From Ignavibacteria bacterium UBA2360 (lineage in GTDB: Bacteria > Bacteroidota > Ignavibacteria > Tepidaquicellales > OLB5): a stretch of 64,000 nucleotides of DNA. The position numbers and the translations under genes were made by a program. Within the stretch, counting starts at the first letter, position 1. Every line of letters begins with the position of its first letter. Shown here piece by piece: positions 1 through 9,114 of the stretch. The notes under the pieces are model-generated. The model saw only the letters and a list, made by a program, of their open reading frames with translations. It did not search any database and had not been told where the DNA came from. Location of the stretch: NCBI GenBank assembly GCA_002344125.1, contig DDTQ01000004.1:4717-68716 (forward strand), given 5' to 3'.

Positions 1-2
1 AA

Positions 3-1040
3 TTTCCGTGGGAAATTGCAAAAGAACTTGGTGAAATGGGTTTCCTTGGGATCATGTTCCCCGAAGAATACGAAGGTTCAAATCTTACTATTTTAGATTA
101 CGCTATTATAGTAGAAGAAATCTCCAAAGCCGATCCTTCAATGGGATTAACTGTAGCCTCGCATAATGGACTGTGTACAAACCATATTTACACGTTTTCC
201 AATGACGAGTTAAAGAAAAAATATGTCCCCGATCTCGCTTCAGGCAGAAAACTTGGAGCATGGGGTTTGACTGAAAATGTTTCAGGCAGCGATGCTGCCG
301 GAATGGCAACAACTGCCGTTAAAGATGGTGACTATTATATCTTAAATGGAAGCAAAAGTTTCATTACTCAGGGCGGAGTAGGGCAGACGGCAGTTGTTAC
401 TGCCGTTACTGATAAATCTAAAGGCTCCAGGGGAATTTCTGCTTTTGTAGTTGAAAAAGGCTTTGAAGGCTTTTCTGTCGGCAAAAAAGAGAACAAACTC
501 GGCATGCGTTCAAGCGATACATGCGAACTGATTTTTGATAATTGTAAGGTGCCCGCTGAAAACCTGATAGGTAAGGAAGGCGAAGGCTTTAAGCAATGCA
601 TGCAGATACTCGATGGCGGAAGGATCTCGATTGCCGCTTTATCAGTTGGTATTGCACAGGCCGCACTTGATCATTCCATAAAATATGCTAAACAGCGCAA
701 GCAGTTTGGCAAATCACTGGCTGAATTCCAGGGAATTCAGTTTAAAATTGCAGATATGGCAACAGAAGTTGAAGCCGCAAGACTGCTCACTTACAAAGCT
801 GCCGTTATGAGAGATGAAGGCAAGGATTTTAAATTCGCGGCCTCGCTTGCAAAATACTTTGCCAGCGAAATTGCATGCAAAGCTACCAATGAGGCAATAC
901 AGATTCATGGCGGTTACGGGTTCATTAAAGAATTTCCTGTTGAAAAGCTGTACCGTGATGTAAAACTCACTACAATAGGTGAAGGTACAAGCGAAGTTCA
1001 GAAGATGATCATGGCAAGAGCCTTGGTCGAAATGTATTAA
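3..1040 (+). CDS. acyl-CoA dehydrogenase (5' end cut by window edge)
   Basis: The frame is open from nt 3 ([17 protein letters not shown]...), so the start lies upstream of the window. ACAD-type motifs are present: [26 protein letters not shown] and the C-terminal [17 protein letters not shown]. Confidence 0.85.
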   Translation, partial: FPWEIAKELGEMGFLGIMFPEEYEGSNLTILDYAIIVEEISKADPSMGLTVASHNGLCTNHIYTFSNDELKKKYVPDLASGRKLGAWGLTENVSGSDAAGMATTAVKDGDYYILNGSKSFITQGGVGQTAVVTAVTDKSKGSRGISAFVVEKGFEGFSVGKKENKLGMRSSDTCELIFDNCKVPAENLIGKEGEGFKQCMQILDGGRISIAALSVGIAQAALDHSIKYAKQRKQFGKSLAEFQGIQFKIADMATEVEAARLLTYKAAVMRDEGKDFKFAASLAKYFASEIACKATNEAIQIHGGYGFIKEFPVEKLYRDVKLTTIGEGTSEVQKMIMARALVEMY

Positions 1041-1045
1041 GGCGA

Positions 1046-2887
1046 TTAGTTTAGAGGTATATTATTCTTTGCGCAGAAATCAATTGCTCCTGGATTGCCA
1101 AGTCTGGCTGCTATTTTCATTTGTTCTATTCCGGATTTATTGTTGCCTGATTTAAGATAAGCAACAGCCAGATTGAATCGCGCAGTTGAATATTCAGGAT
1201 CAATTTCCACTGCTTTGCTGAAATTAAATATTGCTTCTGCGTTCTGTTCCCTCATCCCGTACGCTTTGCCCAAATTGTTGTAGGCAATCGCAAAATTTGG
1301 ATCAACTGAAATTGCTTTTTTGTAGAACTCAATCGCTTTCTCAATCTCATTTTTATTGTAGAAAGCAAAACCCTCGTTGAAATAGGCCTCGGCATAATTG
1401 CCGTTTAATTCAGTGGCCTTTTTGAAATATTCAATTGCCTTATCATACTGTGTTCTGCTGCTTAGAACCATCCCCATATTATTGTATGCAGCAGCATACC
1501 TACTGTTGCATTTGATCGCACTCAAAAAATCTCTCTCAGCTTCTGCGATTTTCTTATCATTCAAATACAAAGTACCCCTGTTGTTATACCCGATGGGGTT
1601 ATCAGGAGACTGTTTTATCATTTCAGTGTATAATGTCATGCTGTTTTCCCACACCATGTTTTGAAGTCTGCTTAGATAAGCCAGTGTTATCAATAAAAGG
1701 GATAGAACAGCAATAACTGCTTTCCTGTAGAAGGCAATTTTAATGTACTTATCGTACAACATGAAGATCAAAAAAGAAAAGATCAATAGCAGCCCTATCA
1801 GCGGTATGTAAGCAAAACGGTCAGCTGTAATAGCTCTGCCAACAGGTACAATCTGTAAAACCGGCAATATTGTAATTGTATAAAACAGTATTCCAAACAC
1901 AAAAACCGTATTTAACTTCCTGCTCAGATAAACTACATACGCTATTAAACCTGTAATGAACGGAGCCAGCCAGAAAACAACCGGTAAACTCATTGTTTCA
2001 GTATTTGGAAAGGGGTAAAACGGTGAAAGGTTAACCGGTACGAGTGTTTTGTAGATATAGAAACAATAATCATAGAAAACGATAAGTATCTTATCGAAGA
2101 TCCCCAATTGTGGTATCTCTAATACAGAGCCGGGCACCGCTTGTTGATATTGCGCCATTATGTTTATAATACCGAAGATAATGGATATCATAATCAAAGG
2201 TGCTTTTTGTTTAATGTCATCAAAAGTGATCTTACTGTTCTGTACATAATCAACCAATACCAATACAACAGGGAACACGACTGCCGGGGCTTTTGATAAA
2301 CATGCTAGAATAAAAAATAGATATATATAAAGATCAGATCTTTTGCTTTTTGACTGTTTGTTCTTTAAGTAGAATAATAGTGCTAACAGAAAGAAAAAAG
2401 AATAAAGCATATCTTTTCTCTCAGTTATCCAGGCTACCGATTCAACATGTAAAGGATGAACAACAAATAACAATGCCGCCAACGCAGCCACGAAGTTATT
2501 CCTGAACAATTTTAACAGAACAAAATAAACCAGGATGGTATTCAATATGTGAAATAACAGATTTGTAAAGTGATAAACAAATGGCTTCAAACCAAAGAAG
2601 TGATATTCTATTGCATAAGAAATATTGACAAGAGGATGATAATGGCTATGATGGTAATTTGTAAATATATTATAGATATTCCCGGGTGATAGTGATCTTA
2701 CATCTTGATTGTTTACCAGCATTTCTTCGTCATCCCAGTTGGTAAATGAGTTATTCAGATTTGATGAATACGAAAACACCCCTAAAATGATAATAGTCAG
2801 TAATATAAGATAACTGCGTTTTTTTTGATAAGAGGAAAATCTTGAATGTGTTTTATTCTTACTGGTTTTGGTATTTTTTGTGTTCAT
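1046..2887 (-). CDS. multi-pass membrane glycosyltransferase-like protein (PMT/TMTC-type) with C-terminal TPR repeats
   Basis: 613-aa ORF. The first ~400 aa are highly hydrophobic with many predicted TM helices. The last ~200 aa contain tandem 34-aa TPR-like units (e.g. AEAYFNEGFAFYNKNEIEKAIEFYKKAISVDPNFAIAYNNLGKAY). Confidence 0.6.
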   Translation of the reverse strand: MNTKNTKTSKNKTHSRFSSYQKKRSYLILLTIIILGVFSYSSNLNNSFTNWDDEEMLVNNQDVRSLSPGNIYNIFTNYHHSHYHPLVNISYAIEYHFFGLKPFVYHFTNLLFHILNTILVYFVLLKLFRNNFVAALAALLFVVHPLHVESVAWITERKDMLYSFFFLLALLFYLKNKQSKSKRSDLYIYLFFILACLSKAPAVVFPVVLVLVDYVQNSKITFDDIKQKAPLIMISIIFGIINIMAQYQQAVPGSVLEIPQLGIFDKILIVFYDYCFYIYKTLVPVNLSPFYPFPNTETMSLPVVFWLAPFITGLIAYVVYLSRKLNTVFVFGILFYTITILPVLQIVPVGRAITADRFAYIPLIGLLLIFSFLIFMLYDKYIKIAFYRKAVIAVLSLLLITLAYLSRLQNMVWENSMTLYTEMIKQSPDNPIGYNNRGTLYLNDKKIAEAERDFLSAIKCNSRYAAAYNNMGMVLSSRTQYDKAIEYFKKATELNGNYAEAYFNEGFAFYNKNEIEKAIEFYKKAISVDPNFAIAYNNLGKAYGMREQNAEAIFNFSKAVEIDPEYSTARFNLAVAYLKSGNNKSGIEQMKIAARLGNPGAIDFCAKNNIPLN

Positions 2888-2932
2888 ATCAGTTTTGTTT
2901 GCTCAAAAAGGTTAACTAAAACGCAAAGTAAA

Positions 2933-3715
2933 CTATCCGAAAATGGTTGTCCAGAGGACGTAATCAAGAATAAGTGTCATTGATGCTGCCAGAACAAATG
3001 CGCGAATTGTAGCGTTACCCACACCCAGAGCCCCGCCTTTTGCATGAAGTCCGACATGGCAGCCAAGTATCGAAATTGAAGCGCCGAAGAAGAACGCTTT
3101 TATCAGGCCGCCGGCTATATCTTTGATCTCAAAAACTCTTTTTGCGCTGGTAAAGAAGACCTGGAAGGATACATCCATAAAAAAATATGAAACTCCAAAT
3201 GCTCCTAATATAGCAATTGTATTTGCTATAATTGTTAATACCGGGAGCATGATAATGCTCGCAAGAAATCTTGGCATAACGAGATAACGCACCGGATTTA
3301 TTGCGAGCGATTCAAGAGCGTCTATCTGCTCGGTAACTTTCATGGTACCAAGCTCAGCCGCAATTGAAGCCCCTATTCTGCCGGCGAGAACTATCGCAGT
3401 CAATACAGGACCAAGTTCAATGAAAATTGCTTTTGTTACCGCGGAACCAAGGTATGAAAGTGAGATGAATCCCTGGAACTGGTAAGCTGCCTGCCATGCG
3501 GAAACGGCGCCGGTAAAAAAGCCAATTATTATCACAAGAGGAATAGAGCCGACTCCTATATGCTCCATCTGGTCTAAAATCAGTCTTCTATCTCTGAAAA
3601 TGCGGGGAAAGCTTAGGATTATACCCCAAATTAGCACAGCAATTCTGCCTGCTTCAAGGAAAAAGAACTCAAATCTATCTATAAACCAATCAAAAATTCT
3701 TAACATATAAAGCAA
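2933..3715 (-). CDS. mlaE: MlaE-family ABC transporter permease
   Basis: 260-aa polytopic protein carrying the conserved MlaE/Ttg2B stretch GPVLTAIVLAGRIGASIAAELGTMKVTEQIDALESLAINPVRYLVMPR. Confidence 0.8.
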   Translation of the reverse strand: MLYMLRIFDWFIDRFEFFFLEAGRIAVLIWGIILSFPRIFRDRRLILDQMEHIGVGSIPLVIIIGFFTGAVSAWQAAYQFQGFISLSYLGSAVTKAIFIELGPVLTAIVLAGRIGASIAAELGTMKVTEQIDALESLAINPVRYLVMPRFLASIIMLPVLTIIANTIAILGAFGVSYFFMDVSFQVFFTSAKRVFEIKDIAGGLIKAFFFGASISILGCHVGLHAKGGALGVGNATIRAFVLAASMTLILDYVLWTTIFG

Positions 3716-3892
3716 ATATGTCTATAATAGAGTAGTTTATCAATTCATAAAGTACTGCAAAGCAAAAGAAATAAAATCACATTTGATCTCAAATACTGCC
3801 GAAAATTGTAAAAATTAAGCATTGAAAGAATGAAAATTTATATTTAGATTAAATTAAAATTCTATATAAAAATTAATAATAATACGCATACA

Positions 3893-6727
3893 ATGAGAAA
3901 ATTTTTAATATTTTTTCTATGCCCTCTTTGTATATCTTTCTTTAGTTTCAATGACAACCCGGAAATAAAGTACAAACGAGTCAATGAACGGATGATCTTA
4001 AGAGTCTCTGATGGCGCTAAGTATCAGCCCGGAATTATTAACATAAAATTCAAAAATTCCAACGATAAAGTTTCATTACTTTCAACAGGCAATGAAAAAA
4101 TAGATAATGCTGTTACACAATACAATGTCACTAAAATCTACAAACCATTTCCTCTTAAGTCAAATGTTAGCAAAAGACTTCCCGGGGATGAAGATCTCGA
4201 TAAATTTGTAACTATTAAATATGATGGTAATATAGATCCAACTGATCTTTCAAACGAGATATTCAGCCAGAATAAAGATATTCTGGAATGGGCTGAACCG
4301 GAATTCATCTATGATGCTTTGTTCGTTCCTAATGATCCTATAATTAGTCAGCAGTACCATATTGGCAAAATAAACTGTTACCAGGCGTGGGATATTACGC
4401 AGGGTGATACAAATGTAATTATTGGTATAGTTGATAGCGGAAGTGACCTTGATCACCCGGATCTTGGTGCGAATATCAAATATAATTACGCTGATCCTGA
4501 AGACGGAATTGATAATGACGGTAACGGTTATATAGATGACTTCAAAGGCTGGGATTTTTTCAATGGTGATAATGACCCCAATATAATGGGCGGCAGCGAT
4601 CATGGTTCACATGTATCCGGCTGTGCTTCACAGGTTGCTAACAATAATGTACATGGAGCAGGACCGGGTTTTAAATGTAAATTGAGAATCACTAAACATG
4701 CCCCTGATTATCCTGATAACAGTATCTATAATTCAAATGCTGGTATCATTTTTCTTTATCAAAACGGCGCTAAGGTAATCAATTGCAGCTTTGGCAGTGC
4801 AACTTACAGCGCTGCTACACAGAACATAATTAACAATGCATGGTCTGCCGGCGTAGTTATCTGCGCATCTGCCGGTAATGATGGTCTCAATACCCCTCGT
4901 TACCCCGGTTCATATGATAATGTTGTTAATGTGGCCGCTTCAAACTCGGGTGATGTTAAAGCCGGTTTTTCTAACTTCCATACCACGGTAGATATTATAG
5001 CGCCGGGTGATAATATCCTGAGCACTCTCTATGATAATGGTTATGGTAATAACAGCGGAACTTCAATGTCCACTCCCGTAACTTCCGGGGTTGTTGGCCT
5101 GATCAGATCCAAATATCCGTCATGGACAAACGCACAGGTAGTTGACAGGTTGAAACTTGGTGTTGATAGTATCTATCACCTGAATCCTTCATATGTTGGA
5201 TTGTTAGGTACTGGCAGAGTTAATGCATTTAAATGTGTTACCGATCTTCCTATTGTTTCATTGATATCGAATGTGGCCGGTGATTCACTTTATGGAAATA
5301 ATGATAAAGTGTTTGATGTTAATGAAGAAATAACTTTCAGAATAACTTATAAGAATATATGGCAGGCTGGAAGCAATATTTCATTACGGCTTTCAACTTC
5401 TGATCCAAATGTTGAGATAGTACAGGATTCTGTTTACGTTGGTAGCCTTGCTGCATATACCACATACACAACAGAGTTAACTAACACTTTCAAAGTTAAG
5501 GCAAAGAATACATGCCCATTTGATAAGGTGGTAGCTTTCAATCTAAGGACCTCAAACAATGCTTATCATGACGGAAATGCTTCAACATTCAGCGTAACGT
5601 TCAGGCAGGGATGGGCAACGCATACTATTAATAACCTGAAACTTTCTCTAACTAAAGATGGGGCTGTCGGTAAAAAAACCCAGGCTTACGGCAGCGGGCT
5701 AAACATTACCGGCTATACAGGACAGCAAATGCTGGAATCAGGTTTAATGATTGGCACAAGTAATACCAAAGTATCTGATGTTTCAAGGAGAGGCAATTCC
5801 CCCGCAAATGTTTCAGATACTGACTTCACAGCAATAAATGCTTATAACATACAGACACCCGGTATCATTTCTCATGAAGATGGTAAAGGATATTTTAATG
5901 ATGACGGTGCCGGTTCTAACAAGATCGGGGTTACTGTAAGAGCAGAGAGTTTTGCATGGAATAGCGCGCCCGATGCTAACTATATTATTCTGAAGTATAC
6001 TATTAAAAATACCAGCGGTGCGAATATATCAAACCTGTTCGCAGGGATCTATATGTACTATACACCTACAGGTATTAACAGTAATAATACAACTGCTCTT
6101 GATACTGCGAATAAGCTGGGTTATTCTTTTAATAACACTAATACAAACCCGTATCTTGGCGTAAGGCTGCTGACTGACCAGAATGTAAATTATAAAGGTA
6201 TTCTTGCTACAGAGGTTCTTACAGGATTCACAACCCAGGAAAAATGGGACGCTATGAGTGGTGGTATAGTTAATGGCGGTATCGGACCCGGTTTAAATTG
6301 CTTTGTCGTTTCTGCCGGTCCGGTTAGTATAAATAACAATGACTCAGTTGTTGTCGGGTTTGCTGTTGTAAAAGGAAATGATAAAGCGGACCTCGTGAAT
6401 AACTCCAATACTGCGAAGAATAAATTCAGTACTATCGGTATTCAACAGATATCCGGCTCAGTTCCTGTGAAATATAGTCTGTATCAAAATTATCCAAACC
6501 CGTTTAATCCTTCAACAACTATTAAGTTTGATATACCCAAAATGGATAATGTAAAGATCAGGGTATTTGATATTGTTGGCAGAGAAGTTTCTTCTTTCAG
6601 CCAGTTGCTTTCACCCGGTATATACAGCTATTCTTTTGATGGATCTAAACTTTCAAGCGGAGTATATTTCTATTCACTGGAAAGTTCCGGGTATAATGAT
6701 GTTAAAAAAATGATGTTAATTAAATAG
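3893..6727 (+). CDS. S8 subtilisin-family serine peptidase with T9SS C-terminal sorting domain
   Basis: Signal peptide. Catalytic triad contexts are GIVDSGSDLDHPDL (Asp), HGSHVSG (His) and GTSMSTP (Ser). The C-terminal ~80 aa (NYPNPFNPSTTIKFDIP...SGVYFYSL...KKMMLIK) is a T9SS type-A sorting-domain signature. Confidence 0.85.
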   Translation: MRKFLIFFLCPLCISFFSFNDNPEIKYKRVNERMILRVSDGAKYQPGIINIKFKNSNDKVSLLSTGNEKIDNAVTQYNVTKIYKPFPLKSNVSKRLPGDEDLDKFVTIKYDGNIDPTDLSNEIFSQNKDILEWAEPEFIYDALFVPNDPIISQQYHIGKINCYQAWDITQGDTNVIIGIVDSGSDLDHPDLGANIKYNYADPEDGIDNDGNGYIDDFKGWDFFNGDNDPNIMGGSDHGSHVSGCASQVANNNVHGAGPGFKCKLRITKHAPDYPDNSIYNSNAGIIFLYQNGAKVINCSFGSATYSAATQNIINNAWSAGVVICASAGNDGLNTPRYPGSYDNVVNVAASNSGDVKAGFSNFHTTVDIIAPGDNILSTLYDNGYGNNSGTSMSTPVTSGVVGLIRSKYPSWTNAQVVDRLKLGVDSIYHLNPSYVGLLGTGRVNAFKCVTDLPIVSLISNVAGDSLYGNNDKVFDVNEEITFRITYKNIWQAGSNISLRLSTSDPNVEIVQDSVYVGSLAAYTTYTTELTNTFKVKAKNTCPFDKVVAFNLRTSNNAYHDGNASTFSVTFRQGWATHTINNLKLSLTKDGAVGKKTQAYGSGLNITGYTGQQMLESGLMIGTSNTKVSDVSRRGNSPANVSDTDFTAINAYNIQTPGIISHEDGKGYFNDDGAGSNKIGVTVRAESFAWNSAPDANYIILKYTIKNTSGANISNLFAGIYMYYTPTGINSNNTTALDTANKLGYSFNNTNTNPYLGVRLLTDQNVNYKGILATEVLTGFTTQEKWDAMSGGIVNGGIGPGLNCFVVSAGPVSINNNDSVVVGFAVVKGNDKADLVNNSNTAKNKFSTIGIQQISGSVPVKYSLYQNYPNPFNPSTTIKFDIPKMDNVKIRVFDIVGREVSSFSQLLSPGIYSYSFDGSKLSSGVYFYSLESSGYNDVKKMMLIK

Positions 6728-6839
6728 TTACATATATTTTAGTTGTAGATTGCAAAATATACTTGAAATATATTAATTATCTGTTATATTGTAATAAAAT
6801 TTAAGGATATTCTTAAATAACTTAACGAAAGGGAATAAA

Positions 6840-8675
6840 ATGATTAAAAAGATTTCCGTGGCATTTCTGTTCTTGGTGGCAGTTGGTCTGTTGATGAACT
6901 TTACATTCAGGAATAACAACGATAGGAAAACCGCAGTATATCCTAATGTTGTTATCTCCGGTTCAGAAACACCGGTTGTTCACAGTACAGCTCCGGTAAT
7001 AAGAACAACAAATGATTTGAACCCGATTTATTTTTCGGATTCAGTTATGAGTTATGTTGATGTAAGGACAGGTCCTGAAACGATCTATGACTTACAGTCA
7101 AACGGTGTTCCGCAGCAAATTTGGCAGGATCCAAACACACCTTCAAATATACACTGTGTTTACACTGTTAATTTAACAACGGGATGGCCCGCAGCTGATA
7201 GAAGAGTGTATTATTGCTTCAGTTCAGATTACGGCGCTACCTGGAATGATTTAGGTGCTAATCCTCCGACAGGAAGCAATGGTTTTGGCTTCTGCAGCGG
7301 ATTATCAAATGGATCTGCTATCATTGGCGGTCACACAGATTTTGGAAGTGCCCCTGTAAGACTTCAGGTATTCGCTGATGTTGCTCCGGGTGCAGGTACT
7401 TTCACTCAGCTTGATCCGGGTCAAAACATAATTGGCGGTTTACAGACTATCTGGGGCAGAATTCAGCCTACCTCAAGTGTAACAAATGCTACAAAGTTTG
7501 TTGTAATGGGTTCAGTTAACTCAACAGCTTTGGATACAGTTACTGCTTATAACCGTGGATTAAGTGTTGAAACTCCTTCATATTCTGGCTGGGTAAAAGA
7601 TATGAACATTGGCAATGCTGAAGTTTACAGCTTCTCAAGAGGCAGTGACGGCAGGATTGGTCTGGCTTACGTTGCTAACGATAACGTTGTATTGTCAAAT
7701 TCAGGAAAAGCATATTACATGTATTCAACAGATGATGGCGTTACATGGTCAACACCTGTGCAAGTTTGGGAACCAACACCATATTTAGATGGTATCTATG
7801 GCGTAATGAGAGGTATTACTTTAACATATGTTGGTACAACACCTAAAGTTGCTTTTGAATTAGTTGGTCTTACAGCTACCGGTTACTATCCAAGCGGAAA
7901 AGCAGGTATCGGATTCTGGTCACCTGACGTAAACGGCGGTGTTGGCTTCGAGACCCAGTTCGATTCAACATGGAGCAACAATGGTAACGGCGGCGCAACA
8001 GACGTTATGGCTTCAATAACAAGACCTTCTATCGCAAGATCACAGGACGGTCAATTGTTAATGATGGCTTTCGGCGTATCAAGAGCTGATACAGATGCAA
8101 TTGGTTCACATTACTATGATGTATACTTAACAACCTCAACAAATGGCGGTGCAAACTGGAAATTCCCTCCAACAAGACTGACAAACAATTCAGGTCCGTT
8201 AAGAGATAACAGGTTCGCTAACTTATCACCTACAAATGATGTAACAGGCGGATTCTATTATGCAAATATTGTTTACCAGTCAGATTCTGTGGCAGGCAGC
8301 GTTACACAAACACCTCCTGCAGCTGAATCATTGGCAAAACAGAGATTCATTAGAGTTCAGTTTGATCCTACAACAATCGGTATCAATACAATCAGCAATC
8401 AGATACCTTCAAGGTTCAATTTAGAGCAGAATTATCCGAATCCGTTCAACCCGGTTACAAAGATCAGGTTCTCGGTTCCTAAATCTGCAAATGTTACACT
8501 TGAAGTATTTGACGTGACAGGAAAATTAATAGCTACATTAGCTAAGAATGAAGCTGTTACTGCTGGATTGAAAGAAGTAGAATTTAACGCATCAAGCTTA
8601 CCAAGCGGCGTTTATTTCTATTCACTGAAATCAGGTGACTATTCTGAAACTAAAAAAATGGTTCTTGTAAAATAA
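6840..8675 (+). CDS. BNR/Asp-box repeat (sialidase-like beta-propeller) protein with T9SS C-terminal sorting domain
   Basis: Signal peptide. Asp-box motifs SSDYGATW, STDDGVTW and STNGGANW. C-terminus NYPNPFNPVTKIRFSVP...SGVYFYSL...KKMVLVK. A GGAAT-type RBS (gaaagggaataaaATG) precedes the start. Confidence 0.75.
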   Translation: MIKKISVAFLFLVAVGLLMNFTFRNNNDRKTAVYPNVVISGSETPVVHSTAPVIRTTNDLNPIYFSDSVMSYVDVRTGPETIYDLQSNGVPQQIWQDPNTPSNIHCVYTVNLTTGWPAADRRVYYCFSSDYGATWNDLGANPPTGSNGFGFCSGLSNGSAIIGGHTDFGSAPVRLQVFADVAPGAGTFTQLDPGQNIIGGLQTIWGRIQPTSSVTNATKFVVMGSVNSTALDTVTAYNRGLSVETPSYSGWVKDMNIGNAEVYSFSRGSDGRIGLAYVANDNVVLSNSGKAYYMYSTDDGVTWSTPVQVWEPTPYLDGIYGVMRGITLTYVGTTPKVAFELVGLTATGYYPSGKAGIGFWSPDVNGGVGFETQFDSTWSNNGNGGATDVMASITRPSIARSQDGQLLMMAFGVSRADTDAIGSHYYDVYLTTSTNGGANWKFPPTRLTNNSGPLRDNRFANLSPTNDVTGGFYYANIVYQSDSVAGSVTQTPPAAESLAKQRFIRVQFDPTTIGINTISNQIPSRFNLEQNYPNPFNPVTKIRFSVPKSANVTLEVFDVTGKLIATLAKNEAVTAGLKEVEFNASSLPSGVYFYSLKSGDYSETKKMVLVK

Positions 8676-8694
8676 TTTGTAATTACCATGAATT

Positions 8695-8728
8695 AAAAGG
8701 GGCATATAGAATATATGCCCCTTTTTTT
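8695..8728 (+). terminator. rho-independent terminator after the BNR/T9SS gene
   Basis: Perfect 10-bp stem ggggcatata / tatatgcccc with loop gaa, flanked by an A4 run and followed by T7, 20 nt after the stop codon. Confidence 0.8.
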
Positions 8729-8793
8729 ATTAATTCCGCTATTTAAAAGTCAATGCTTTAATTTTAGTAAATTAATAATTTCTTAATTTATAC

Positions 8794-8822
8794 TTGACTT
8801 CATTTTTTAATTATATTATATT
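8794..8822 (+). promoter_or_regulatory. candidate sigma70-type promoter for the TonB-receptor operon
   Basis: TTGACT (8794-8799), a 17-nt spacer, then TATATT (8817-8822). This would give a ~290-nt leader before the ATG at 9115. The region is AT-rich, so a chance match is possible. Confidence 0.3.
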
Positions 8823-9114
8823 TATTTCGAAAATATTAAAATAAATACAAAAACGCCGTTTAGAATTTCGGGGGATTCAATGCTGAGTTTGGCGTTGTTT
8901 GCATTTCATGTTGTAAATAGCGGAAGTATTTTAGTATTAGGTAGTAATATGTAAACTTCAATGTAGCGAAACTTTTTGCCGGAGGTATTTATGTATTTGT
9001 TCAATCGGTAAAGGGTTATTAAACGTAAAGAAGAATTATAGTAAAATAATATTTCACAAAAGGGTTCGGGAAAATTGATCCCGGAAACTTTCAAACAAAT
9101 CGGAGGTAATATAA

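Noticed and set aside
8906-9094. 62-aa minus-strand ORF in the leader of the TonB-receptor operon
   Set aside because: It has no RBS, sits in AT-rich non-coding-looking sequence and has an implausible composition. The region is better explained as a 5' leader or promoter.
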